Both the position numbers and the translations under genes were made by a program. This document shows, in pieces, positions 11,360 to 24,003 of a stretch of 64,000 nucleotides of DNA (position 1 is its first letter; each line of letters begins with the position of its first letter). The notes beneath the pieces are model-generated. The model was not told the origin of the DNA. It made no database searches and was given only the letters and a program-made list of their open reading frames with translations. The stretch comes from Anolis carolinensis (lineage: Eukaryota). The DNA lies in assembly GCF_035594765.1 (NCBI RefSeq), contig NC_085846.1:7551190-7615189 (forward strand), written 5' to 3'.

Positions 11360-14300
11360 ATGTCCAGGTCCTGCACCGCCCTCCAGATCAGCAAGGAGAC
11401 CCAAGGAAAGGTGGGCAGCAGGGGAATCCATGGGGGGCAATTGCAAAACCCAGCAAAGGGTTGGGGGAGAAAGCAGAGAAGGAAGGACCTTTTACTTTTA
11501 CTTTGCAAGGGAGGGGGATTTCCATGGCATGCAAGGATAGGGGAAGTTAGCCTTCAGGGGGACTACAAGTCCCATCATCCCCATTGAACTGGATTATGCA
11601 GCAGTGTGGACCAGGCATGGGTTAACCTGGGGTCCTGCTAGGTGTTTTGGACTGCAACTCCCAGCATTCCTAACAGCCTCAGGCCCTTTCCTTTTGCCCC
11701 TCAGCCGCTTAAGCGGCTGAGGGGCAAAAGGAAGGGGCCTGAGGCTGTTAGGAATGCTGGGAGTTGCAGTCCAAAACACCCGAAGAGCCCAAGTTCACCC
11801 ATGCCTGGTCCACACTGCTGTATATTATTATTATTCTGAAACATTCACGCCTTTCGTTTTAATCTCTTTCCAGATGGACCTTTTCCGCAAATCCCTTTTA
11901 AAAGAGGTAAGCTTCTATTTATACCCTTTCTCGAGTGCATCTACACTGTCAAATTAATGCAGTTTGACACCACTTCTATTGCTCAATGTTACGATATCCT
12001 GGGAGTTTGTAGTTTTAGCCAAAAACTCAGCAGACTACGACTCCCAGGATCCCATAGCGTCGAGCCACGCAAAGTGGTGTCAAACTGCGTTAATTTGACA
12101 GTGTTTTCAAATTCTCAAATCTTTCATATATTCAAGATAAATTGATTCTCGCATTTCCTGCTCAGGGAGAAGATTTCCTTTGCCGTTTTTTACCCACGAA
12201 AATATCGCAGTTGGACAAGCTCTTGAAGGTAAGTGACAGACTCCCTTGGTGTGGAATTTGCATAACCCCGCCCACTGACTCTCCCATAACCCTTTCCTGC
12301 TCTTTTTAATGGCACACAGCAAACACAGGAATTGATCAGCAACTGAACATACTGGAGGGGTTTGGGGAGAATTCACTATGATGGAATTTGCATAACCCCG
12401 CCCACTGACTCTCCCATAACCCTTTCCTACTCTTTTTAATGGCACACAGCAAATAAGGGAATTGATCAGCAACTGAACATACTGGATGGGTTTGGGGAGA
12501 ATTCACTATGATTTATAGGAGTTGTACTCCTGGGATGTATAGTTTACCTTCAGTCTAAGAACACTCTGAACTCCACCAACAATATACCTGGAAATAAATT
12601 GGCACACACAAACCCCATGACCAACAAAAAATATTGGAGGTCTTTGGAGGGATTTATAGGAGTTGTAGTTCACCTACATCCAGAGCGCACTATGAATCCA
12701 AACAATGATGGATCTGGACCAAACTTAGCACACATACCCAATATGCCCAAATTGGAATAATGGTGGGTTTTAATGGGAATTGGCATGGACATTTTGGAGT
12801 TGTAGGTACTGGGATTTATAGTTCACCTGCAATCAATGAGCACTCTGAACTCCACCAAAGATGGAATTGGCCCAAACTTCGCACACAGAACCCTCTTGAC
12901 CAGCAAAAATTACTGGAGATCTTTGGGGGAAATTCACCTTGATTTGGGGGAGTTGTAGTTCACCTACATCCAGAGAGCACTGTGAACACTTGATTGATCT
13001 AGATCAAACTTGGCACACATGCCTGATACCTGATTACTGTTGAAGGGTTTGGGAAGAACTGGCCTTCATTTCTGGGAGTTGTAGTTCACCCACAACCAGA
13101 GAAACTGTGACCTCCACTGATGATGGACCTGGTCCAAATTTGGCACACAGAAGACCCATGACTAATTCAACCTACTGGAGCGGTTTGAGGGGACTGACTC
13201 ACCATAGTGGGAGTTGTAGTTCACCCTACAGCCAGAGAGCACACAAAACACACCGATGATGCATCCAGAGTAGACTTGCCCAGTCAGTCAGTCAGTAGCC
13301 TTTATTTCGGTCAACAAACCATTGGCTAGGATCAAGTTACAGTACAATGATGGAATACAGCATTTGAGTAATTTATGACATTGCATTTGGCTTATGGTTA
13401 GTAACAAGTATGTCCAGTCTCTATTGGTTATTTGACTATCATTATAATCTAAAACAAAAACTGATTACAGATTAGTACTTGCCCAACATAACAAAACTTT
13501 AACATCTAATTTTTAAGTTAAGATGGAATTTCTTAGGGTTAACCTGGCATGAATATATTGCACAAGATTTATCTAGCCTACAATGATACACTTTAATATA
13601 TTGGGTTTATGGTTCCCGTCCCCTTGATCAAGTTGTGTAAGTGTTATTTATTGCTATATAATTGTATTGTTTTACCTTGCTTAATAATGTGTTATTATGT
13701 TGTTATGTAATGTATGTGTTGTTTTTATGATTGGAAACCGCCCTGAGTCCCATCCGGGAGATAGGGCGGTATATAAATAAAGTTTTTTTATTATTATATT
13801 ATTATGATGCCAGTTGTAGTTCATCCACAACCTTATGCAAAAAATTGCAATGCCGAGTACCCAATCTAGTACAGTAGAGTCTCACGTATCCAACACTTGC
13901 TTATCCAACGTTCTGGATTATCCAACACATTTTTGTAGTCAATATTTTCAATACATCGTGATATTTTGGTGCTAAATTCATAAATACAGTAATTACTACG
14001 TAGCATTACTGCATATTGAACTACTTTTTCTGTCAAATTTGTTATATAACATGATATTTTGGTGCTTAATTTGTAAAATCATAACCTAATTTGGTGTTTA
14101 ATAGGCTTCTCCTTAATCTCTCCTTATTATCCAACATATTCGCTTATCCAACATTGTGCCGGCCCATTTATGTTGGATAAGTGAGACTCTACTGTAGTAG
14201 AATAAATGAAGCTTGACACTTTTTAACTGCCAAGGCTTAATACTATGGGATTATGGGAGTTGTAGTTTTCACAAGGTCTTCAGCTATGTCTGCCAACGAG

Positions 14301-17300
14301 TGCTGGCGCCTCACCAAACTACAACTCCCAGGATCCTATCACATGCAGTTAAAGTGGTATCAAACTGCATTAACTCTGCAGTGTAGTTGTATTCTGAGTT
14401 TATGGACTCTGCTTTTCCCACCTTATATTTTTATTTCTTTCTTCTTTTTTTCCAGGAAGATGCTCTGAATGTCAAAGATCTGGCTTCTCTCCGTGCTCCG
14501 CTGGATATCCCCATTCCAGATCCTCCTCCCAAAGATGATGAAGTGAGTTACTCAACTAAAGCCAGTGCCTAATTTTGGGTCCATCCACAATGCAGAATTA
14601 ATGCTGTTTGATGTCACTTTAACTGTCATGGTCAATGCTATGGAAATGGCTCTTAAAACAAGGGTTGGAAGGGCATCTTTAGGGAGTGCCTTAGTTGTGT
14701 ATCCCTGTGTGGCAAAATGGGGTTGGACTAGATGACCTTTAGGAGTCCCTTCCAAGATTATATTATTTTAAATGTTTTTTTCCCCTCCAGATGGAAACAG
14801 AGAAGGAAGAGAAAGAAGGTGAGCAGAGAACACTCTAGGAAAGGCAGGGAATGGGGTCTGCAGGTGGGGTAATCATGATAGTATTTTATGGGCTGCCCTT
14901 GATTATGTGCTCTCCTTCTCAGCTCCCAAATGCGGCTACCTGAAGGGCAACGAAGCCATCCTTTCGCTTCTGGATCGCGTCAAACCCGAAGTGCGGGAGT
15001 TCAAGGAGAAATGCGCCTTGGTGAGTTGGAACCAAGCAAATACTCTGTTTACGAGATATAATACATACTAGGCATCTGTATGGTGCTAGATGTGCTGTTT
15101 TCCTAAATTTGTGCCTCAGTTTCCCCTTCTCATTCCATCAGGTCACAACCTGGATTCAGTTCATGATTCCCAAAATTGAAGACGGCAATGATTTTGGGGT
15201 GGCGGTTCAGGTAAGATCAATGTGGATCTGTATTTCCCTGAACCCAACTGAGCATGGATCCCATGTGAACCATATCATAACGAAACGGAACGGAACATAC
15301 AAAAACATAACAAACCAAAACATAACATTAACTTTAACATTAACATAACCATCCAAAACATAACCATAACCATTTTACTTTGCTTTACTTTACTCTGGTG
15401 TGTGTGTGTGTGTATACACACACCGCTATACACACAAAGGTATGCATACACACACGTAAACAAACAAGCATATACTCAAATGCATGCATATTTAACCATC
15501 CAAACAACCATAACTATTNNNNNNNNNNNNNNNNNNNNNNNNNNNNNNNNNNNNNNNNNNNNNNNNNNNNNNNNNNNNNNNNNNNNNNNNNNNNNNNNNN
15601 NNNNNNNNNNNNNNNNNNNNNNNNNNNNNNNNNNNNNNNNNNNNNNNNNNNNNNNNNNNNNNNNNNNNNNNTATACACACAAAGGTATGCATACACACAC
15701 ATATACACACAAGCATATGCTCAAATACATATTTATATACACACATATGCACACCTATATGGATACAATGATATATGGACACACACACACATATATGTAC
15801 ATACACACACACACACACACACATATATATACACACACATGTGCCATAGTAGAAGCCGCATAAATATTGCTTGTGGTTGCTTGAGAGTTACTATTAAAAA
15901 TAGGCCTAGTACTATACCCTATATGATACCATACCATTAACTCTGTATTGACTTTAGATTAATATTGAAATACAGTCATTCAAAGCATATTAAGGCCAGT
16001 ACAGACAAACCTAACTTAACAAAGTTTTACCATATTCTAAAAACGGATTGACTGTATTATAGAAATTGATTGTATTTTAATTTTTATTTAAAGTATTATT
16101 TCTTCAACATATTTGGCTGGCTGTTTGAGAGTTCTAGTTGCTTAAGTTCCAGTTAATTGGAAGTCTACTGTGTACACACACATATACACACACATGTATA
16201 CTCAGACATACAGTACATCTATACATACACATATTTTTATATATACGTATGCCTTGTTTATTTTCTTGTTTCTCAACAGGAGAAGGTACTTGAACGGATC
16301 ACGGCTCTGAAGACCAAGGCAGAAGCCTTCCAGACTGCCATCGCCAAGTAAGCGCAAGGGTTATAAGGACCTTCATGTGGCTTTTAAACAGGCTGGGTGG
16401 CCATCTGTTGGGGGTGCTTTGATTGTGCTTTTCCTGCATGGCAATACAAACTCTTTTGGCGCCCATTGCAAGTTGGGTATCACCTGTCTGAAATAACTGT
16501 TCCCCTTTTAGGATTTTGGGGGAGGGATTTAGAATTATTGCATATACATAATGAGATATCATGGGCAGGAGACTTGAGTTATAAATACAAATCCCAGGAT
16601 TTCCATAGGATGAAATAATGCCAGTTCAAGTAGTAGAAAATTGTTATAAAATGACAAATGGTGCATCTACACTTTTGAATTAATGCAGTTTGACGCCCCT
16701 TTAACTATCAAAGTTCAATGCTATGGAATCACGGCAGTTGTCGTTTTTCAATTTCTTTGGCAAAATTAGGCCTAAGCGGGAAATAAGCTCTAGCATTAAC
16801 TGTGGTTTATTTTTGCAACACACAATGGGCATACTGAATTATAAAATCATAAAGTCCTAATATTAATATATAATTGAATATAAATACATAATGTTACAGA
16901 CATAATATGGCAAGAGTTCCAGAAAATGATTATTTGACTGTATCTGAATAAAAGTAGATTTTTGTACATGAATAAGTTAGCCATCCCCTAAAAATAAGCC
17001 CTAATGCATCTTTTGGGGCAAAAATTAATATAAAACCCGGTCTTATTTTGGGGGGAAATGCAGTAGTGCCTCACCAAACTAATTCCCAGGATATTATAAG
17101 AAGCAACCACATAACCATTGGTACACTTTTTCTTCTTTTAGGTATTACCTGGAACGTGGAGACGCAGTGGCCAAGGCCTCCAAGGACACTCATGTGGTCA
17201 GTAAGGGAGGAAAGGAGATTCTAGTTGGTCCTGAGATTTATGGGTTTTGAAAAGTCCCAAGACCTGAACCTTTGCCAAGAATGCTTTGAAATATATCTGG

Positions 17301-17876
17301 GGACATATCTACACTGTCGAATTAACCCAGTTTGACATTGATTTAACTATTATGGCTCCATGTGCAGTTTGGATACTCCAGCATTCTTGGGCAGAGAAGC
17401 CTGAAGAAACTATAATTCCTACAAGTCTGTAGCACTGAGCCATGGGAATTAAAGTAGGGTAAAACTGTATTTATTCTACAGTGTAGATGCACGCTTTACT
17501 GATTTACCTGCTTTATTTTTTTCCCCAGATGGATTATCGCAGCCTTGTTCACGAACGGGATGAAGCTATCTACCGGGAAATACAGACAGTGGTACTTGAT
17601 ATCCGTGGATTTTATGTGAGTAAGCATTGGTTTGGGGTTTTAGGGTACATCTACACAGTCAAATTAATGCAGTTTGAAATCACTTTAACCCCATGGAATC
17701 ATGGGAGTTGTAGTTTTGCAAGATTTTTCACCTTCTCTGCCAAAGAGTGCTGGTGCTTCCACAAACAACAACTCCCAGGGTTCTATAGCATTGAGCCATG
17801 TTGGTTAAAGTGGTGTCAAACTGTTCTACTGTGTAGGTGCATCCACAATGACCATCCAATCCAACCCCCTGCCATG

Positions 17877-17939
<63 letters not shown>

Positions 17940-18598
17940 CATCATCACAATTATCACTATTATTATTTATTGGGTTGCTCTGAGTTTTCCAGGCTGTATG
18001 GCCATGCTCCAGAAGCATTTTCTCCTGACGTTTCGCCCACATCTATGGCAACATTTATATCACAAAGATTGTGAGGTCTGCTGGAAACTAGGCAAGTGGG
18101 GTTTATATGTCTGGAATGTCCAGAGTGGGAGAAAAAACTCTTTGTCTGTTGGAGGCAACAACTCCTAACAAAGGATTACCACAGGTAGGAAGCAAGCAGG
18201 CTTTGAAGCTGCAAGGCTATTCAATGTTAATCAAGCTGGCCAATTGCCACATTCACACTTGCCTCCAAAAGACAAGAATTCTTTCTTTCTCCCACCCTGG
18301 ACATCATTCCACAGATTTATAAACCCCTCTTGCCTAGTTTCCGTCAGACCTCACAACCTGTGAGGATGCCTGCCATACATGTGGGTGAAACGTCAGGAGG
18401 GAATGCTTCTGGAATATGGCCAGACAGCCCAGAAATCTCGCAGCAACCCAGTGATTCTGGCCATGAAAGCCTTTGACAATACATTATTATTATTAATCCT
18501 GATTTTTATGCACACAGGCCGAGCTGTACCACAACTTGAGCCAAAACCTGGAGAAGCTGACCAACCCTAAGGGCGAAGAAAAGCCATCCATGTATTGA
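11360..18598 (+). CDS. PSME2: Proteasome activator PA28 beta (11S regulator subunit 2), 11 coding exons
   Basis: Exons: 11360-11410 ([17 protein letters not shown]), 11874-11906, 12166-12228, 14456-14542 ([18 protein letters not shown]), 14791-14818, 14923-15020, 15142-15210 ([15 protein letters not shown], activation loop), 16280-16347, 17142-17196, 17529-17615, 18518-18598 (..[11 protein letters not shown]). All GT-AG, phases consistent. Confidence 0.98.
11612..11807. mobile_element. Palindromic hAT-like MITE (long form)
   Basis: Same family as 8196-8389. Confidence 0.85.
12250..13870 (+). mobile_element. Non-autonomous Helitron-like element with internal subrepeats
   Basis: Repeated GGGAGTTGTAGTTCACC..AAACTTGGCACACA units, ending ...GCCGAGTACCCAATCTAGT. 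A related fragment starting TCTATAC lies at ~19668-19920. Confidence 0.55.
13872..14194. mobile_element. Tigger/pogo-like MITE; other copies at 27200-27649, 32027-32349, 40941-41263, 42536-42842
   Basis: TIR CAGTAGAGTCTCACTTATCCAAC with TA target duplications. Confidence 0.85.
15398..15842. repeat. (CA/TA)n low-complexity region spanning an assembly gap (15519-15671)
   Basis: Dinucleotide runs; TATACACACAAAGGTATGCATACACAC occurs on both sides of the N run. Confidence 0.85.
17970..18482. mobile_element. Penelope-like element remnant (inverted pseudo-LTR pair); similar remnants at 19290-19610, 25925-26352, 30262-30900, 33768-33960, 36080-36530, 42968-43620, 51325-51470
   Basis: Shared CTGAGGATGCCTGCCATAGATGTGGGCGAAACGTCAGGAGAGAATGCTTCTGGAACATGGCC motif; adjoining copies encode a GIY-YIG C-terminus (REAIEIHKH.DNFNRKEE). 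Confidence 0.8.
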
Positions 18599-20019
18599 GG
18601 ATAGACTTCTTCACCAGAGAAACTTCTGTCAAATTTAAAAAAGATTAAATACTGAGGTGGAAAGGAAAGGGCCGATGATGAATTAAATTAAATACACTGG
18701 TATCTGTTCCTGGATTGGAGGAAATTCCTAAACGAATCATGCTTTGAGTTTGGGTGCATCTAAGCCCTGGGAGGAAAACTATGCCTTATTTTCCTACGGG
18801 AAGGTTTTCGCTTTCTATGCTTTTCTTTGATGCTATCTATTCATACTCTGAAACCTGCCCTTGAAGATTTCTTTCATTGTAATTGCATTTCAAGCCAGTG
18901 TTTGATCTCAAGGTCAGCCTGACCAAGACCTCAATAATAGCAAAGATCTGGAACCCAGATTAGGATTAACTGCGTGTCCTAAATTTCTGCACTTCATGGT
19001 AGACACATTGCTGTTTGAAATGTCCAGAAGGTCCAGTAATAATAGTATATTTTTAAAATGTTTTGTGTCCCTTGTTTTCTGCGTCTTGGGATTTCGTTTT
19101 GCACTGATCGTGTTAGCTAAACAGTGCCAGTACTTGGATGGGAGACCGCCAGTGAATGCTGTTGTGCTGAAGGCTACATTTCAAATGAAGGGACTGGATT
19201 CTTAAGGAAAACCCTATGAAATGAATGAGATCACCAAAACTTCCAAAAAGACAAGTAAATCAGAGTAAATCAAGAACTATTCTAAGTTACTGGGTTGTGA
19301 GTTTTCCGGGCTGTATGGCCATGTTCCAGAAACATTCTCTTCTGACATTTCACCCACATCTGTGGCAGGCATCCTTAGAGATTGTGGGGTGTGTTGGAAA
19401 ACTAGGTAAGTGGGATACACACACACACACATACATATATACATGTGAAATGTCCAGAGTGGGAGAAAGAACTCTCTTTTAGAGGCCAGTGTGAATGTTA
19501 TAATTAATCACCTTGATTAACATTAATGGTCGTGCCAGCTTCAAGGCCTGGCTTCTTCCTGCTTGGGGGAATCCTTTGTTTGGAGATGTTAGCTGGCCCT
19601 GATTCATTCATTTCAAGCTACAACTCCCAGGATTCAATTGCATTGAGCCAGGTTAATGAAAACAATAATCTATACACATAATAAAAAGGAATTGGCCTGA
19701 TATTTTGGAGTTACTGGGATTTATAGTTCATCTGACCACTCTGAACTCCACCAAAGCTGGAACTGGACCATACTTGGCACACAAAGCCCTTGTGACCAAC
19801 AAAAAATACTGGAAGTCTTTGGGGAAAAATCACCTTGATTTGTGGGAGTTGTAGTTCACCTACATCCAGAGAAGACTGTGAATCCAAACTGATGGATTTG
19901 AACCAAACTTGGCACACATGAAGTGAGTAGTTTAATAATAATAAATACTGCTAGTAATAAATAGTTAAAAGTGATGTCAAACCATTAATTCTACAGTGCA
20001 GATGAGACGCAGCCTTGGT

Positions 20020-20400
20020 GTCACTTCCTAGTTTGTCCTTTTGGGGGAGATGAAGTTTCCCTTGGAGTCCGGAAGTGAGTAGAAACAGCAAGAATGGTGT
20101 ATCTCTATGGTCAAAAGGAAACACTCAATGGGGAAATGAGCAGAACAGCGAGGGATAAAGTCAGGCCAATCAGAATAAACGGTGTATTAACCAATGAGAG
20201 GGAGGGAAGTGGACTGAGTGAAAGTAGCGCGCTCTGTGATTGGTCTATTTGGCGCTCGCCAACCAGGAAGTTTGAAAGAGAAAGGAGGGGGTCCCTGCAG
20301 CCGGAAAGGGGGACCGTGAGCAACGACAGACGGGGCTGGAATCAGGGCAGAGGTGGGTCTCTCCTTTCTGGGAAGACTAGGGCATTGGGAAGACAGTGAG
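20020..20400 (+). promoter_or_regulatory. EMC9: EMC9 promoter and probable non-coding first exon
   Basis: CCGGAAGT 20069-20076, CCAAT 20166 and 20191, ATTGG 20239, further GGAAG cores, CpG enrichment. The EMC9 ATG exon starts directly after an acceptor (ttggcag|GATG), so an upstream exon is needed. Confidence 0.65.
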
Positions 20401-21456
20401 AAGGACAATGCTGCTTCTTCTCCATCAAGACCCTTCCGGAAGCTGGTCCCTTTCCCAGGCTTTGCTCAAAAGGGAGAGAAATGGGGATGTTGGGAGTTGT
20501 AGTCCAGGACTTGGAGTGGGGCAGAGTTTTGTGACCTTGTGAAATGGGGGCTGGTTGAAGGGAGAGGAAATCAGAGTCTAGGAAAAGATTGGGCAGAATG
20601 CAAGCTGCACTCTATTGGACTGTAGATCCCATGTTCCTTTGGCCTTGGCAAAGACTGATGGGAGTTGTAGTCGAGCAGTAGTTAGCTCCAAGAGGAATTT
20701 ATGAAGTTTCCTGAGGCTGCAGTGGAAAAAGAGACAGAAGACAGGACCAAGAAGTAGTGGTTCCCAAACTTGGGTCATCCAGTGGCTTTGGACTTCAGTT
20801 CCCAGCCATCTTGGCCAACATTCACCAAATCTGGGACTTGAAGTCCAAAACACCTAGAGGAGAAAAAGTTTGGGAGCCACTAGCCAAGTGTAAAAAGGAC
20901 TTCAAGATTTTTGGGAGGACTTCACAGTCCATCATCCCCATGCCAGCATGGACAGTGGCATGAGTCAGAGATGGGTGATAAGCAGGCTTTGAGACTACAC
21001 AGAGAAGCCATTGAAACTTGCAGGTTCCCAAGTTGCCACTGACACACACACAAAACTGGCCCTGATTGTTTCATGTCTGGAATTCCCCTGTTTTCAGAGT
21101 ATTATTTGTTCTTTATTTACTGTCCTGATTGTGATTGAAATCCACAAGCATGTGGACACTTTCAACAGAAAGGACAAAACCAAGAAAATGAACAAAATCT
21201 GCCTACCATTATTGAAAAAAACCCCTCTAAAATCAGGACAGTAAATAAAGGACAACACTCAGAAAACAGGGGAATTCCAGACAGGAAACAATCAGAGCCA
21301 GCTAACACCTCTCAACAAAGGCTTCCCCCAGGCAAGTATCAGCCAGGCCCAGAAGCTGCAAGGCTTTTCAGTGCTAATCAAGGTGATTAATTGCAACATT
21401 CACACTTGCCTCAAGCAGACAAGAGTTATTTCTCCCACCCTGGACATTTTGCAGAT

Positions 21457-22079
21457 ACTGTATATACTCGAGTATAAGCCTAGTTTTTCAGCACTTTTTT
21501 TAAGACTGAAAAAGCGCCCCTGGGCTTATACTCAGGTGAGGGTCCTGGTTTGCTTATATTTGGGTCATCTTATACTCGAGAATATATGGTACATTTATTA
21601 TTTTTCTCTATTATTGTTGCTACTATTACATTTATTTTACTCTATTTTTATTATTATTATTAATACATTTATTTTTTCACTCTGATATTATTATTATTAT
21701 TATTATTGCATTTATTATTTTACTCTATTTATTTTTACATGTATTATTTTCCTATATTTTTATTATTATTATTATTACATGTATTATTTTACTCTATTAT
21801 TATTAAAAGATACATAAACACATTTACATTGAAGAAGATGAGAATAATGATTTGATCAGAGTTGGACAGTCTTATCTTAAATTTGAGCTTTATGTAAATA
21901 TTCAAAAACATTTAACCTACTGATGCCTCAATTAATGTAATTTTATTGGTATCTATTTTTATTTCTGAAATTTACCACTCTCAGCTTATACTGGAGTCAA
22001 TGTTTTCCCATTTTTTTTGTGGTAAAATTAGGTGCCTCGGCTTATATTCGGGTCGGCTTATACTCGAGTATATATGGTA
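21457..22079. mobile_element. Tc2/pogo-like non-autonomous DNA transposon inserted in a Penelope remnant; other copies 40658-41584 and 47447-48985
   Basis: TIRs (C)TGTATATACTCGAGTATAAGCC / GGCTTATACTCGAGTATATA.GG, TA flanks, AT-rich interior. Confidence 0.8.
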
Positions 22080-23076
22080 TATAAATCCCACTTGCCTAGT
22101 TTCCAACAGACTTCCCAACCTCTGAGGGTGCCTGCCATAGATGTGGGTGAAATGTCAGGAGAGAATGCTTCTGGAACATGGCCATACAGCCTGGAAAACG
22201 TACAGCAACCCAGGCTTTGAGATGTTTGACTGCAGCTCCGATCATTCCTCATCCTTATCCATGCGGAATAGGGCTGCGCAGGCCCATCCTTTGTGTAAAG
22301 GATGATGAGATCTGTAGTTGAAAGGATTTGGAAGGTCAAAGGTTCCTCCCAGCCTTGCTTTAACACACGCCAGGTGGAATGGAAATGCAAGGGAGCTTCA
22401 ATAGGAGGATACTGTTTTGGCTGAGAGTTAATCACAATCCCACCGTATTCTGCTTTGGCAGAATAAACCTGTGTCCATTTCTGGTCAAAGCAATGCAAAA
22501 GGGCTCTGGGCAAACTGGAAGGTATCCAGAGAAGGTCAACCAAAAGGTTTGCAAGCCAGGCCCTCTGAGGAACAGATTAGGGGGCTGAGACAGAGGCTAT
22601 GACAATGAAGCAGTAAACAATAGGAAAAACTTCCTGACGATCAGAACTATTCAAAAGTGGAATATACTGCCAGCAGAGTCTCCTTCTCTGGAAGTTTTTA
22701 ATCGGAGGCCAGATGATCATCGGTTGGGAGAGGTTTCACTTGTGTCCCCTGCCTGGCAAAGGGGGTTGGCAGTTTCCTTTGTTTATGCCTTCCCCAGCAC
22801 TTTAATGGGACAATAGTTCTGGTATTGTCCTCTCCCTGATTGTATCTGACACTACTGACACTTTCTTTGGCCCAGTCCCATTTTAGGAGCCAACCCAGGA
22901 TTTTATCAAAGTACAGTATGTCTGTTTTATGTGACCTTATTAGTTTTATGATTTGTTTTATTGTTGATTGATTTGTTTTATTGTGGTGTTTTTCCATTGC
23001 CTGTTTAGCCTGGGCTTGGTCCCATGTAAGCCGCCCCGAGTCCCTTCGGGGAGATGGGGCGGGGTATAAAAATAAA

Positions 23077-23118
<42 letters not shown>

Positions 23119-23119
23119 T

Positions 23120-23418
23120 TATTATGTCACAGCAAACAAGATAGATATGCTGGATTTCGTATCACAAAATCAGAAGTTGAACACTTCCCAAGTGTCTAGG
23201 ACTGTGTGATGTATTTTCGGATGATGCATGCAGATCCCAATCGGGTGGCCTTTTGCAGTTGGCAGATTGTGATTTTGTCAATGTCTGTTGTTTCCAAATG
23301 CTGGCTGAGATCTTTTGGCACGGCACCCAATGTGCCAATCACCACTCGGACCACCTGTAGTGGTTTTTGCCAGAGTCTTTGCAGTTCGATCTTGAGGTCT
23401 TGATAGCGGCTGAGTTTT
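23120..23418 (-). mobile_element. R4/Dong-clade LINE 3' fragment (runs into gap 23419-23558)
   Basis: Matches the 3' end of the copies at 34024-34720 and 47960-48568; abuts an (ATT)n tract. Confidence 0.75.
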
Positions 23419-24003
23419 NNNNNNNNNNNNNNNNNNNNNNNNNNNNNNNNNNNNNNNNNNNNNNNNNNNNNNNNNNNNNNNNNNNNNNNNNNNNNNNNNN
23501 NNNNNNNNNNNNNNNNNNNNNNNNNNNNNNNNNNNNNNNNNNNNNNNNNNNNNNNNNNTCCAGAGAAAGGTGACCCAAATGTATACAGTTTGTTAAATTG
23601 TGTCAGAAGTGACTTGAGAACAAGTTGCTTCTGGTGTGAGAGAATTGGTTGTCTACTAAGATGTTGCCCAGGGGACGCTGGGATGTTTTAGCTGGGAAAC
23701 TTCTCTCATGTCCCCGCAAGCTAGAGCTGACAGACGGGAGCTCACCCAGTCTCACGGATTTAAACGGGCAACCTTCAGGCCAGCAGATCAGCCAGCACAA
23801 AGGTTTAACCCATTGCGCCATACACTGCGCCTTGGAGTCTGGTGGAATTCCCCTCCCTGGAAGTTTTTAAGCAGAGGCTGGATGGCTATCTGTCAGGAGT
23901 GCTTTGATTGTGTTTTCCTACATGGAAAAGCATTGGACTGCTTGGTCCTTGTGGTCCCTTCCAACGCTCTGATTCTGTCCACTGTGTTTCTTTCCTTGGC
24001 AGG

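Noticed and set aside
15380-15940. ORFs crossing the N run
   Set aside because: Artefacts of the assembly gap and dinucleotide repeats.
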